From the NCBI GenBank assembly GCA_002633005.1, contig NMRA01000398.1, forward strand, positions 132,010 through 196,009: a DNA stretch of 64,000 nucleotides, written 5' to 3'. The notes below the pieces were generated by a model. The model was not told where the DNA came from, did not search any database, and saw only the letters and a program-made list of their open reading frames with translations. Made by a program: the position numbers and the translations under genes. Source of the stretch: Phoronis australis (taxonomy: Eukaryota > Animalia > Phoronida). Positions 1-13,444 of this stretch are shown in pieces. Within the stretch, counting starts at the first letter, position 1; each line of letters starts with the position of its first letter.

Positions 1-13
1 GCCGCCCATGGTC

Positions 14-88
14 TATAGGCAGTGCAACACAGGAGGGCTGGGGGGGGAGAGTTTAGACCCCACTTTTTTCAGTGCTGCGCCACCCATG
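14..88. mobile_element. ~75-bp mini-MITE with CATGGGCGGCGCA-type termini
   Basis: Inverted ends with a G-run/cacttttttcagtg core, related to 42992-43062 and 43073-43156. Bases 1-10 look like the end of another copy. Confidence 0.6.
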
Positions 89-90
89 AT

Positions 91-900
91 TGTGCGCCGA
101 ACAAGAGTGTGGAGTGTCAGTGTGGAACATGAGATTCAGTTTGGCGTAAGCCACACTTTGATCGGCACATTTCAAAGAATCGTGTTTCGACCACACACAT
201 AAGCGGCGTTACAATGAAGGACTCACCACGAAGTAAGCGCATTTGCAAATTTTGTAAATAACGAACAAACTGCTTCCATTCTAGGGCGAGTGATGCCAGG
301 CCCTGGACCCCGGCTGAGATCGAGTGCTACTACAACTGAGTAGGCTTATGCATATTGTGTTTAGACTGTGCTCATTCCATCACGGCAATAGTGAATACGA
401 GTAACCCAGGTTGGCTGTGGCCTTTGTCAGTAATTATTAAGTGTCTATTTTGTGAGTAGTGACCACCACTTGGTAGAGTTGGTTGTGGCTCACATATGTC
501 ATTTTTCGTGCAAGTGGGTCGAGTTCATACGGCCTGAAACCCGACGAAAGTTCGCTAAATGGGAAATCGAATTCATTGTCTGATTCTTCAAGTACTTGAG
601 TATAAGTGCCTGTATCCACTCTCCTCTTTGTCTGCATAATAATTGTCCAATTCTCGCCTAATATTGTCATTGTCTTCTGACCTGCAGTGTTCCGACATTG
701 CAAATGATTGTCAAGCGGCCGTCTTCCACCCATTGCATCATTTGGCGGGAAACTTAGAAATAAGTAATTTTTCTTCAAAATTAAAAAAATTGCCACTATT
801 TGGCATAAAAAGTGCCTATTTAGCAACATTTTATGGTATTCGATTCATATTAGCTAACTGAAACCTGAAAAAGTAAGAAAATGCATGGTGGGAACTCTTT
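91..900. mobile_element. Old interspersed repeat, copy 1 (decayed, probably TE coding relic)
   Basis: Aligns colinearly with 13445-14223, from tgtgcgccg to aaatgcatg.tgggaactc. Confidence 0.75.
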
Positions 901-961
901 AAGTAAACATTATAACTTCACTATTCCAAAAATAGGATTGGTGTACTAAGGAAGCACTGAC

Positions 962-1296
962 TTGTAATATCGTATTCCACTTTCGTAGTCTGCAAATCCG
1001 AGCCAAGATCCGACCACAGAGTTATCACTTTTGTAATCGATATCTGTCTGTCCATGACTTCCGTCCCACACTGTGCCGTTCATTGGTGGTGAGTTGTCCG
1101 CGTGAACCTTTAACTCAAACTTCTTGACTAATCTCGCCTGGTTTTCGACCTCAATCTCAAAAAAGTAGTCCCGGTTGTGCATGCCAATGTGGGTATTAGC
1201 TGCGACTATTGGATTCAAGTCGAGGGCGTAAGTTGACATCTCACAAGCCCCAATGGAAGGGCAGTAACACGGAGCTCCTCCTACAGGACAAGGTTC
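962..1296 (-). CDS. Exon 13, FN3-like repeat (EPCPVGGAPCYCP...DNSPPMNGTVWDG...WLGFADYESGIRYY)
   Basis: Acceptor tttccag, donor gtcagt. The D.(T/S)PP..G.V.DG...W.GF.D.ESGI..Y repeat is characteristic of very large invertebrate FN3-like proteins. Confidence 0.92.
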
Positions 1297-1819
1297 CTGG
1301 AAAGCAAGCACGAAAAGATATATTATTCCAATTTTAGTTGAGAAGAAAGTTTTGCATAATACAAATGGCGTTTGGGTTGTGGTAGTATTGCATTAAACAA
1401 TTTTGTTTGTTGTACCAGGTGTGTACAGTGAGAAAATTTACATTTCTATTTGTCCATCCGTTCACCTGCTTGTTCCTGGAGTAGATACTTTGACAGAGTT
1501 TTGTATAATATTCCAATGTTGTTCTATTTCAGCCATTCCTTTTTAATTCATGATGATCAACGTTTCCAGTTATCAAGTAATATTTAAGCTTACGTCCACA
1601 TACTTTCGTTCAATAACATAGTCGTCCAGCTGGAATTCCGTTTCTTTAATCTATTCCCTTATCTTGTATTTCGAATTTCTCAAGATTGAATTTCAGGTGT
1701 TGTCTAATGACTTTAAAATTAAGATAAGTTTCCAACTAGAACATCTACGACGGTTCCAATCTACAAAATCCAGATATGGTAACATTAAGCTCACACTTGA
1801 GATTCAGAAATGCACTCAC

Positions 1820-2104
1820 GCCTGTTCGTTTATGTACAACAGGTATAGACCCTTCCCCGTGTTCCTTTGATCCACCAGTCGATAGCCCTAAACGATAAGT
1901 GACTCTCCTTACGCCGCTATGTGTATCCCATGTTTTAAACACGAGCGACATCGTGTGGAGCTCATGAGAATCGTGCACGTACACTTGAGTGTGACCGTCT
2001 TTCACAAGCCACATGTCCGTCAGCTCTGGAAGTGATGAGTCGAAGAGGATAGTTCTACTGTCAGATCTTTTGTTTCCCATTATATCAGTCGCTTGGATCC
2101 ACAC
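1820..2104 (-). CDS. Exon 12 (VWIQATDIMGN...DSSLP...WDTHSGVRRVTYRLG...KRTG)
   Basis: Acceptor ttcttcag, donor gtgagt, 285 nt, phase 0-0. Confidence 0.92.
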
Positions 2105-2641
2105 CTGAAGAAAATGGATTCTAATCATTACTTCCAATCGCAAAAATATCCTTGAAGTATTCAGGTATCCATGAAGCATCCAACCGACGATATCCTTTAT
2201 CATGTTATATCTAGTTATTCCCCTAGAAATGACAATGTAAAATTGATAGGACTGCAGCTTTAAACGACATTTTTTAAGCGCTCAGGATTGTACGTACGCC
2301 CAATATAAGACTCGAAATTCATAAGAAGGGCGGTATAACAAAGATCCTAATCGCATAAATGCATGGACTCTGGTAGTCAACAAACCGGGGCTCCGTCCTT
2401 AAGGGCTACTTTCGGCACTCATATTATTCAAGCCAAGAGGGAACATTCGTAATTAACAACTGCAAACTGATGCCACAATGTGACGGTGCATGCGTGTGTT
2501 CCATAGGCGGGAAAACCTTACAAAAACACAGTACTATGCGTAACACCACGCGAGATGTATTTTAAACGAAGTACGTGATCGCACTAGCTTCATTCGCGAA
2601 TTGCTTGCGTATGAGGATCAATTTTGTGGTAGTAATCAAAC

Positions 2642-2805
2642 CTTGTGTGTGTCGCCATCTTCCGGGGTGACTACGCTTGAACCAAGCGTAAGAGATTGTT
2701 GTAACCACGTGGTTACCGGAGTCCACGAAGAGGGTTCCGATGTTGCGGTAGATTTGGTCCCAATGGGAGTTAACTCTTCGATATGATATTCGAATTTCAG
2801 TATAC
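2642..2805 (-). CDS. Exon 11 (GILKFEYHIEELTPIG...PEDGDTHK)
   Basis: Acceptor cttttcag, donor gtttga, phase 1-0. The frame differs from the ORF-track frame. Confidence 0.87.
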
Positions 2806-3036
2806 CTGAAAAGTGGAAAAACCCTCGTGATCAATTAAGACGATGTCATTGTTCATGTTTTTATCGATGTTATTGTCGTCGCTTTTCTTACAGTAGTGTT
2901 ACTTTCAAAGACAAAACTGTGAATGACGGTATGCTACCATAGTGTTCAAAGATTATTGGTTCGAATTGTTGTCCGAGATCTTCAAATATAACTTGATGAA
3001 AAATCCAAGAAATACCAAGTTCCACTGTTGGTTTAC

Positions 3037-3181
3037 CTTCGACATTGTCCGTTCCAGCTCGTGGCAGATCACCAGTTATTTGATCGTAGGAGTCAGTATA
3101 GTATGCCGTCTCTTTGTCAACTTGTCTTAGCGGCCCGTGCTGCCTGTGGTAGTCGTTGTAAAAGTAGCCCGTCCATGACAT
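3037..3181 (-). CDS. Exon 10 (MSWTGYFYNDYH...GTDNVE)
   Basis: Acceptor ttttactag, donor gtaaac, phase 0-1. Confidence 0.9.
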
Positions 3182-5154
3182 CTAGTAAAACATTAAACCC
3201 GCAATTGAACGAAACATTAGCACTCTTAGCTCACAGAGGATGGGAGTAAAGAGTAATAACCAAACAAGTGTTGCAAACGAAACTTCTCGTACTTGGTAAC
3301 AACATTACAAGTGACAGCGTGGCTTGTTATGAAATTGCACGTTCAGTGGCGGGAATTTTAATCCGGAGCTAACCCAACATGAGATCTACGACCTGTTTCA
3401 TCAAAAGCAACTGGAAGCATTGAAATGCAACCACGACTGCCAATGGCCACAAGGTCCTCCAAGAAATGTCGATACCCCAATAGCGTAGAACTCTAGCCCT
3501 GGAAGCCAACTTCGATGTCACGCTGCTAAGATTGCGCATTAATGCGTCATTTTGTTTCCACTTGAGAATGACACAAGCATGTTTCGAAATATCGTATACC
3601 TTTTAATCGCATCTATTAATCAGTTACTTCATCAATGTTCCGTTGAGTGTAGGGTTTTATTTCGAACCTATGAACGAAACGGAAAAAAGGCTGTCAATAA
3701 CGAAAAGTGTCATGTGTTTAATCAGTTCTGCATATCGGATAACTTGTTCCCGAAGTACAGCCGATTCATATATAACTGGCAAACTCGACAATAAGCACGT
3801 TCTTTATAAGTGCTTGCATATCCCGACTGCTTTTCCAAGCACTCCAAAGATAATTTGCTGAAAGTAACAACGTCTTTTCAATGTAACCCAAAAAACACTT
3901 GCAAACTTAGATGAAGATGAGTCGATGTTGTTTGGAGTTAACGGGTTTATGTGAATTGTGAATGTGACGCTAACTTCCGGTGACTTTAAAATAAGGTGGC
4001 TTCATGTTATTTACAACTGGGCTAAAGCTCTACATAGAAACCCATTTTCTAAAAATTCATAAAAATCCTTAAAGGAGCTTCGAACGCAAAGGGGCAAACG
4101 CAAAAAAAATGAAATTACTGCAACGAGGAACAGCGGTAGTGGAGTAAGACCGATGGAAGTATGTTACAGCGCTCGCTGTAACACATTTTCACAAAGATCC
4201 GGCAAGGGGTTGAGGAGACACAGCTGTGGATGCAAAAACAAAATTTACATTAGGGCGCGCCACTTGAGCTGTCATCAGTTACGGAACATCGGCCAATTTT
4301 CTAAATGATCCTTGAAGTAGTTTGACCGATGGAGAAGCGAGCGCCAAAACAGAATGAAAAATAATAAAATGGCCTGTAGGTGGTGCAGACTACGTATATT
4401 CCGGTAAAAATAGAAAGGAATTGCCGTCTCCTTAGAAGAATCCTATTTGTCGCGAATGTCATCGCATTCTGTCTAGGAACCTTGGACATACTGCGGTTAC
4501 CATAAATTAGCAAAACTGCGACTGGGCGGCACCGACATATTGATCACCGTCCAAAAGTGCTCGTTCTATGATGTTAAAGTCTTGGTAATACCTGCTAAAT
4601 TGCACAAAGGTTCTATCAGGAGATTCACCTGCAGAGTTAAAAACAAAATTGCTGCTAGGTGGCGCAACAGCTAGCAGTCCACCTAGCCCGAAAACTTCAA
4701 GGTCAGACGTTGTATTTTACAAACCTGTTCATATCAGATACATGTAGATTGAAGGAGGTGAAAAGAGCTTTTAAGTAATAAAAATGGACTAAAAGCGATA
4801 GGGGATATGGCAAATCTATTCGACGTCGAGCAAGCGTCGTCCTCTCCTGAACAAAGCGAGTTGCCAAATTTAATAGAAATCCGTCAAGGACTTTGTAGAT
4901 GCACAACCCAAAAACAACAAAATCGTCACAAGGGGGCATAGTGGTTATGTGATCCATTCGATCGTTGCAGACCTCGTCTTTAACTCATCCGCCAACATCA
5001 ACGGAGATCCTCTCGGGGGATTTTTGGATATAAAGTAACGGGCATCGCCGGTTCGTCAGACATACTTGACTGCTATATATACCCACTGCCTGCATGTATA
5101 TGTCGACGCATAAATTGACCGATAACAACTAAGCAGTTATTATAATTGACTTAC

Positions 5155-5761
5155 TTGAATTGATCCTAAATTTGTCTGCCAAAGGTATTCCGTTTTCTGT
5201 GTCGCTGACGTAAAGCGAAAGTGCTTAGTGTAATCTATAAGTAACTGTGAACTTGAGTCGTACAAAACATACGATCTTGCCTGTCGGACATTCAAAGCAT
5301 TGTCAACGACTGTCAGATCTATGGCGTAAAACTGAGGCTGAGCGGGAAGAGTGATTTGTTTTGACGTAGTAGAGCTGGGCAATGTAATAGGTCCAACGCG
5401 CTTAGCAGCAAACACCATACCGACCGTTGACGATGAGCTTTCCGATATTTCATAAACGTTAATGATGTACTCCTTAAGCCCTGAAGGGTTAGTTCCGAGG
5501 TCGTGCCAGCCCTGGAAGTCGATATTGAGTGTTCCTGTTTTGCGAATTCTGTCCCCAAACGTCATATATTCTGTTGGCGAATTGCATTTGTTGGCGCCAG
5601 TGTCGCGGGAACAATGCGACCCTTTTGTAAAATCCATGCGCATGCAAACAGTTTTTGAACGCTGGACGTCGTTGTATTTTTGCGTTTGCTCGAACTTGTC
5701 GGTATTTGGGTCGCCGTAGTGGGTGTAACCACCAGCCACCACTTTATAATCAGCGCATAAC
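5155..5761 (-). CDS. Exon 9, beta-rich FN3/Ig-like unit (LCADYKV...F.GW.D..SG...Y...DNALNVRQARSYVLYD...WQTNLGSIQ)
   Basis: Within ORF 5140-5796. Acceptor acaacag, donor gtaagt, phase 2-0. Confidence 0.92.
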
Positions 5762-6884
5762 CTGTTGTCGAGAAGAACAAATGTGTAGAGGTTCAACGGA
5801 GAAATAACAACAATCTGAAAAGCGGGTTAGTAATTTTCTGTTGCCAAGTTGTGTGAAAAATGATCTACTAAATGCACGCCAGGTCAACAGAAATGTGATG
5901 TTAAGGGAAGGAAGTATAGTTTTCGTAATAGGAGTACAGCTACTGTATAAGCACATCCATACACACTAGAAAGATTAAGGTATTCACTGTGTGTTTTGAG
6001 GCCATGATTTTTGAGTGACATCAATATTATTGCAGGATGATTCAAGGGTAAAACAACCTTTTTTAATGTTACCCGTGGTAAAAATAAGGATCGTTGTTCA
6101 TATTGCAAAGACAATTTCACCATAATTACATGTACATGTACCAATGAAACAATAGGGTGTGGATTACTACAAGACCCCCAACTTCAGTCGGTATCTACTG
6201 TCATTGAGGTGGTACTGTAAATATGCGCCAGGGGAGGTGAGGAAATATCTTTCCAGGATTACCAGTATGGGTAACACAAAAGAGGTTGTACTCCCTCTTT
6301 AGATTAACAAGTGCTGGGAACCACGCGCAAACAAAATGTCATCCGAAGATTGACAACAGAGTGGACCACCGGCAGAAATTAAATTGGTCGATAGAAAGAC
6401 AGGTACGAAGTGTTTTGATTACTAAATTATCTTTTAGTTACATTGCCTAACTCAGCTTATCTTTACTTTAGTAGTGTGGTTAGTCAAGGTGGCCGTTTTC
6501 TATTATAAATCTGATCACTTCAGTTTTAAGTGCCAGTCATTCTGGACCATATATATCGAGAATTAGCATATGTCATCCTGTGGCTGGAAAGTTCATTGTG
6601 CATGTAATAACTTCAAATTCTGCAAACTGAGAGGTTGTTGCCTACATACTTTGTTATAAAAGTGTACAGCTGAAATAAAGAAATATGCTACGATTCAGAA
6701 TACTTGTTCTCAGATTGGTGTTCAAAATACTTTGTTCTCGGGGCAGGACACCAGTGAAATGTCAGAAAACGTGTGAGGAACATACAAATACATCTGCACC
6801 GCTGCTCTGTTCTAGTGCGGAAAAGTTACCTGATTATTCACAACGCCGAGAAAAATCATATGCGAAATGTGCTGCATAACTTAC

Positions 6885-7038
6885 TTGTCGCCGTCAACAA
6901 ATGACGTGTAAGAGAGAGACTTATCAATGTCACATTGTATTTGGTCCTTGGGCTGCCCAGTACCGTCGCCATAGGGGCCTGACGGATTACAGGAACCATC
7001 TCCTGGCATGTTGTAGGTAGCAATGTCGTGGTTGGCAC
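6885..7038 (-). CDS. Exon 8 (GANHDIATYNMPGDGSCNPSGPYGDGTGQPKDQIQCDIDKSLSYTSFVDGD)
   Basis: Acceptor tctttcag, donor gtaagt, phase 1-2. Confidence 0.9.
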
Positions 7039-7725
7039 CTGAAAGATATGACAAATAACTCTGATAGGTCCAGTTCATGACTTCCCGTCAGAATAAAGGA
7101 CGTGGGATATACAGTACCGTCGCCATGTTGCCGAGAAGAGCTACAAGAACCATCCACTTGCAAAGTGTAGGTGGCGCTGTTTACCTTGGAACGGCACGGC
7201 AAATGTTCAGCAGCATAATATATAAACAGAAGCTACACTCCATAAATTTGGTATTCCCCTACATGTGAAAGAATAACGAAGAAAAATAAGTAATTATTCA
7301 TTAGTTTGGAAGCACTCTGTGAACATTTTGACTTACATTGGAACATATATCTTTAGCCCACAGAGATCATATGCAGTGATGTTCCCAACAAGCAAAGAAC
7401 CGGCGCTGAGGATCTGGTATTTGTAAAGAAAAATCAGAATTCTGGCCAAAGTGACCTTACATCCAATGTAATTACATCGTAAAAAACCTGCCTAACATCC
7501 GTGTCAAAATTTTTTGCTTTGAGGTTTCATCAAGTTCCTTCCTGCTCAACTATTCGCACCTAAAGCAGGGAGAAAGGTGACAGAGTAGTTATCTATCGGC
7601 GACCGGTTTTTGTTTGCGGATCTAACTACTCTATTCCCTACTCTAGGTAACTATGACAACTATGAATAGTCACTCAGTAACCACATTTCACCTTGAACTA
7701 GTGGCAAATATGGAAACAACCTTAC

Positions 7726-7986
7726 CGGAGGGAACTTTGTAGAGTTTTACAGAACTCTTCGTAATGCCGTACTTGAAGTCTCTTACGTAAGCAAGTTTTG
7801 TGTAGGTCGGGTGCTGGAAATTAGCCTCCAGGTCTAAATTGAGAGTGGCTGGTACAAACTTTATCCACTCATCTCCTTCTGTGTAGCAGCTTGTCGAACC
7901 TGACACGGTGGGCTGACTCTGACGGCGTTCTCCACTTGAGCTGACGACAGTGAACTTGCACAAATCTATTTCCGGTTTGATCGTAA
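7726..7986 (-). CDS. Exon 7 (TIKPEIDLCKF...SVKLYKVPS)
   Basis: Within ORF 7688-8053. Acceptor tttttcag, donor gtaagg, phase 1-1. Confidence 0.9.
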
Positions 7987-8976
7987 CTGAAAAATATGTG
8001 CTTCTCATTGACCAAGTGTCGAAAACAGAATGCGCACTGACAGCCTTAAACAATGCGCATGTGATTAATTGAAAATTCGTGAGCAGAGGTTTACCTTACA
8101 GTGTACCAGGATGTGTGCAACCGGATGTAAGTTTGAGTCCCTAGGATCTGATCTCGAAATCACGCTCGAAATTTAAACAATCAAAGTACATGAATGAAGA
8201 TCATATTTGTAAGTTTATTTGCAGTAGGACGGATAATGGGAAACTCTAGTACATGTATCTATCAAGGTTTTTAAAAGGTCAATTTTGGGTCAGATACCGA
8301 GATTAGACCGCAGGCAAAGGTTCATTTTTTCATAAGCCTTTCTGACAATAACATACCCACAATTTTGAAGGTGTTATACATGTAAAAATCAGACCCACAA
8401 TGCAACATCCTGGCCCATTTCCACTATGACATCACTGCTTCTGCGCTATTCCATGGTGCCTACTTTGATCAACGAACATTAGGTAACAAAAATGACCCAC
8501 ATACAAAACAGTGCATGCGTTGCAAAGAATTGTTAAAAGTCAAAAGTTCTACATGTACATAATGGAAGAGAGCTACGTGTCACGCAGTTTTCAAAGTAAA
8601 TTGGACAGACTTGTCCAGAATTCATTTAGACTCTCCAAGTTTTGACGAAATTCTCGACAAGATACTTTTTAATTTTAGTCAAACATTTGTAGATACAAAA
8701 CGACATTTTTGTCGAACTTAATTTAGAGTTGTAGATGACGTTGTTGCGCCTAGCCGCCAACTGTTTGTTTGTAGAAGGACTTGTAGAACACGATTTTGCG
8801 ATTTTTATGAAATCCGTGGAACCACACCTGTTGGGGGTTTATTTAGAATATACCCGATCTGAAGGGTGTTCTAGACGTTAAGAAACAGATATTCAGACGC
8901 ATTGTTTTACTTAAAAACGTTATTTAATTTCGACGCTGTAACTTCGATCTTGAAATTTATTATAGGGATTACTTAC

Positions 8977-9090
8977 GATCACACTTCGTATCCGCAATAG
9001 ATTTGAATCCTTGTGCGCAGGAACACGAGCTTGGGTAGCCATCGCTGCATGCACCGGGGAAACAGAACTTGTGTTTCCACGAGCAACGAG
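8977..9090 (-). CDS. Exon 6: EGF-like module RCSWKHKFCFPGACSDGYPSSCSCAQGFKSIADTKCD
   Basis: Acceptor cttcttacag, donor gtaagt, 114 nt, phase 1-1, C.C..GF motif. Confidence 0.92.
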
Positions 9091-9884
9091 CTGTAAGAAG
9101 TAAAAGAGAGTATTAATTTAGGATGCACTGAAAGTTTCAAGCTTAAATTACTGTACTTGCGGAACATTTCGAGACGTGCTGTGTGTTTAGAGAATTCAAA
9201 AACTATTTCATGGCGGCTCTTAGTTGTCTGCTTCTGCTTTTAGTAAAAAATGTGGATTTGGTGACAATAATACACTTACTGTACCAGCCAACAAAAAATA
9301 AATGTGCATTTTACTCAATTCACATTGATTTCTCGAAGTAGTTATTACAAATTCCATTACAAACAAGCGACCCCCCCCCCCAAAAAAAAACTCACGCTTT
9401 GCACAGTGATTAAGCGTGGAATGCATTGTTTTTAAAATCTGAAAAGAAGCTCACTTTTAAGATGGCCACTGCGTGAATAACTTGGTGTATTCCTCGCGAT
9501 CCCAGATTCATGTTTGAAGCACTGCATAAAAAAGTGTCCGGGTATTTCAAAAATGTAATCGAGGATTTAAAGTGCTTTTCATCAATATTAAAACCTGAAT
9601 AATATCATCCCATATTAGGTGAAACATTAATAAAACCCTTTGAACAATTTGTTAATGTATGAATTTAGTAACTGAAAGATAGGTGTGTAACTTGAATAAG
9701 TGCCGTGAGATGGGGCAGGTTTTCCAGAAAAGTGACTGACTTAACCCTAAAAACAGCATGCTCACATATTTTATTTTTTTTCTGGGTCATGAGAAAAGGG
9801 GGAGGTAGGGCAGCGCCCTCTAGCTTCTCCCGAAATCCACCTATCAAAAAGAAATTTGCATCATTGTAACAAAGGTTTACTTAC

Positions 9885-10034
9885 GATCACAGAATGTCTT
9901 GGCGGCGTTGTGTGTCCAAGCACACTTGTCTTTAACCGACTGATATTGCAGGTTACATTCAATGCACTTCTTGTTCGTTGGACCTTCGTCACATGTCATG
10001 TGCGCGCAGTTATCGATGTCAGCCACTGGGCATG
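9885..10034 (-). CDS. Exon 5: Cys-rich module CPVADIDNCAHMTCDEGPTNKKCIECNLQYQSVKDKCAWTHNAAKTFCD
   Basis: Acceptor ttctttag, donor gtaagt, 150 nt, phase 1-1. Confidence 0.9.
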
Positions 10035-10285
10035 CTAAAGAAAATGAAAATATCCTTTTTTGCGATCCTTTTATCTCACTACCAGCTACTATATCATGTC
10101 ATCTTACAAAGGTTGTGCAAAGAGGTGACATGTTTTCGTGTACATGCCATTGAGTAATTCTCAGTATAATTCGAAACAGATAACCTGACGAAGGGGATCA
10201 TGCCTCCAACACTACTTACAAAGAGCGAATGAAAACGATAAGAGCTGGATCATGAGATGAATGGGAAAAGCGATCTTATACTTAC

Positions 10286-10387
10286 GATCACACTTGGGAG
10301 AGTAGAACTCAGAGTTGCAACTTGTACAGCGATCCGGTAACGAGCATGTGCCGCCGTTAGGGCACGTGGTCTTTCCAAAGCAAACCG
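10286..10387 (-). CDS. Exon 4: EGF-like module VCFGKTTCPNGGTCSLPDRCTSCNSEFYSPKCD
   Basis: Acceptor gttttgtag, donor gtaagt, symmetric phase 1-1, six Cys with C.NGG.C. Confidence 0.93.
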
Positions 10388-11062
10388 CTACAAAACACAT
10401 TTGCATCAACAGAATTTGACGAGGGTCATTGCGTGAGGAATATTAAACAATGTGGGGATGAAGCCTTTTCAACAGATGACAACCGGAAAAATAATCATTA
10501 TGGACATGTGAACGCTTGTCATCAGCAAATTATTTTTCAATTCGTCAACTGTTGACGTCCAGTCACGGTCTAATTGACAATATGTCGATATCACAGTTTG
10601 CTATTAAAATTCATACAAGTGTTATTTGTATACATTTTTGGTCGAATGGCTGCGTTTTAAATTTTTAATAAGTGTAGTTTAATGGGGGAATTTTCCACTC
10701 TCGTAATACGAGTTCAAGGTGCTTTGTGTTTCCGTTTCTAATTTTGCAAGGGATTGCCAATCTTCATTGAAGGGAAAAACACGATTGAAAATGAAGTAAT
10801 GTTCTTCCAACTCCTGCAGATGTTTGCAACGCAAACATAAATTACGATGTAAAAGAAGATTGTTCTCCACTTCCTAAATACGCCTTGTACCGTGCATAGA
10901 TACCCCGAGAGTCAGCAAGTTCCAAGAACTCATGTGGAATTTGATGCGGCTAAAAGTTAGAAGAGCCCGAAGAGCAAGACATGAGCAATATTCCTCGTTA
11001 AATGCAGTGTACAATAATAGGTCTATTGTGTCACGCTTATTATCAATAACCTCAAGACTTAC

Positions 11063-11148
11063 GAACGCAATACGAAGAGCCGTTGTCTGTATAGCCATCG
11101 CAGCATCGTTTCATTTCTTTGCTACGGTAGCCGACTCTGTACCTCGTC
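11063..11148 (-). CDS. Exon 3: EMI domain C-half TRYRVGYRSKEMKRCCDGYTDNGSSYCV(P)
   Basis: Acceptor ctctttacag, donor gtaagt. YR..YR...CC.GY is the typical EMI signature. Confidence 0.92.
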
Positions 11149-12467
11149 CTGTAAAGAGTATGTCATTGCAATTTAAATTTTGTTTTGGTTCGTGCCTCCA
11201 ATTGGTTAAAGTTATGTGGAACCTTAGAAAAATGTCCAAATTTGGGAAACCTCGGAATTTAATATCTCGGGAATGGCCGATCGGATTCAAGTGAAATTTC
11301 CTCATACTATTCTTAGTGCACAGTTCTTTAACGCACTATTATGAATTGTGTTTCACTGCCGTGTGAGGAGTTATCAAATATGATTTTTATGGAAAAAAGT
11401 TGTATCAAACGAAAGCGAAATCAATCACTATTTAGAAAACTGCAAGAGGGTTTTTGAGTTTTATCTTAAAACGTATATTAAACAACAACTATTCATGTTG
11501 TTGATACCGTTGTTGCGTCTTTTTTGGCCAAATTTACTAAACATGCATGGCCACGTGGCTTAATTAACAAGAGATTGGCAATAGCTCAAAAATCAAATTC
11601 CAAAGCTCATTAACTTTCACATACGATTACTGAGTTAAAATCTACAGTTTTATAGATATTTGGCTAAATTTTGATAGGTCTTATTTAAGGATTGCCGAGA
11701 TGGTAATCAGTGTTTAAACTCCTTCTTTTGTGAACAGACGTGATTAAAATCATGACAGTATTTCTGTTGTGCAGTTTGATCAGGGTTATCGGTATGAAGT
11801 AATTGTCAATAGACATGACAACCTATAAATTTATAAAGCAGCTATATTTCGAGAGATAATGTCTCTTTATCAGGCACGTGGTAAAATGGAAAGCTACGAA
11901 CAAAATCATATGGGGCAGCAGGTAAATAAGCGTCCAAACTGTGAATGTGAATAAAACAGACTTTGGCCACTCGCGGAACAGAGCCAGCGTACGTTAAATT
12001 TCTGAGAGCAACTCATTCAGCACAGGATTTCAATAACCTATCAAAAAGGCTCCAATATCTTCAACAGGTATGGCATTTTTATGCCTTACGAAAGATGATG
12101 TCTACAAGTTATTTTCCGGTCATGCTGATGAAAAAAATAGATTTGAAAAATCCACCCTGCAAATGCTTGGACAACCATCGGTAAAGGGACCATAGTTTGT
12201 GTCCAGTGTACAGCTGTTCACAAGAACTCCGACGAAAACTTTCATCTTTATGACATGCGAATTTATAAACATCGTTGCTATCCTCCCCGACTAGTGGGTT
12301 TGTTTTTCATAACCATATTCCATGACTTTACGATCTGATGTAAATAATGACATTTACTATCACTTAGTTTGACGATCTTATCATTGTCTCCATTAGGTCC
12401 AATATGTACAGAATTTCAAATGTCAAAAATTAAAAAAAACGGATTCTCATCTCAAGTTATGGGCACA

Positions 12468-12653
12468 ATTGACCTATCGCCAGGATTTTGAGTGGCGGCT
12501 TAACTGACTAATCAGAACGCGGGATTATTGACACACCTTCGTTTCCAAACCGCCATTTTACCAGTCAAACAGCACATTGCCGGGTAAAACCGATTGTTTA
12601 TTTGTCTGGTGTCATGTGACCTCGCATTGTGGCGGACCTTGCGATAGGTCAAT
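12468..12653. mobile_element. ~185-bp MITE
   Basis: Terminal inverted repeat attgacctatcgccagg / ccttgcgataggtcaat (16 of 17 match). Confidence 0.7.
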
Positions 12654-13444
12654 CCCCATTGTAGTCTGCTGTGTTAGTGACATCCGTGCACATTGTTCTT
12701 GCAATGACTTTGTCATCTATCCACACTTTGCTCGAACCCAATTTTGTTTTTAAAGTTCACGTGCGACATCTTTGTGACCGTAGGTTTCATACTTCAGTTT
12801 ATCAAAGACATGCTACAAATATTGGTGTTTGTTTCCACGCCAAGAGCGATTGTCACGAACGATACAGGTTAGTGGTTTTGACCAGTAACCTCAAGAGGGC
12901 GCATATCTGGTGACGTACCCAGCCCATTAAAGTTCTAGTAAATAGTACTTACGCTAATTCTTATGTTGACAGCCGCGTTATGTACTTTATATCTAGGATT
13001 AACATGTTGACACTAAACAAAGCGCTAGGACCGTGTGTTTTATAAGAACTGTATGTCTAAAATGATGATCGTCAGAGTGACGAGTGTCTGGTTATATCTG
13101 AACTTATAGATTGTATTTTTAAAGAGTTCCCACCATGACCCTGTGTCTTAAAATATGTTCACTAATACATTTTAAGAGATTTAATAGCCTTTAGTACAAC
13201 TGTTGCTAAGAAAAAAGCCGAATTTAAAAAAAAATCTGTTATCCAGGTTGTGTGTTATGGGTGGAAGACCGCCTAAGCTGTTGTTGTTTTTACCGGTGCA
13301 ATACTGAAAGGCTGTAAAGTCTGCCGACAGCCGCCTGATTCAAACATGAAAGGGTGCGTTTGTGGAGACTGCAACTTGACCGAGAACGTCTATGTGTTCG
13401 AATTACCAGAGGGATGTGAAAGTGGAGCACAAATGACAGCTGTC

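Noticed and set aside
4130-5100. Transposase relic in the intron between exons 9 and 10
   Set aside because: The composition looks coding-like, but no ordered motif set could be recovered in the frames examined.
10183-10215. Hammerhead ribozyme (CTGACGA + stem); similar motifs at about 15624, 28786 and 48765
   Set aside because: The GAAAC half or the flanking stems are missing or degenerate, so an intact ribozyme cannot be supported.
12947-13016. Extra exon of the EMI gene (gtaagt donor at about 12952)
   Set aside because: The nearby ATG frame has a stop, and exons 2 and 3 already join in phase to give a complete EMI domain.
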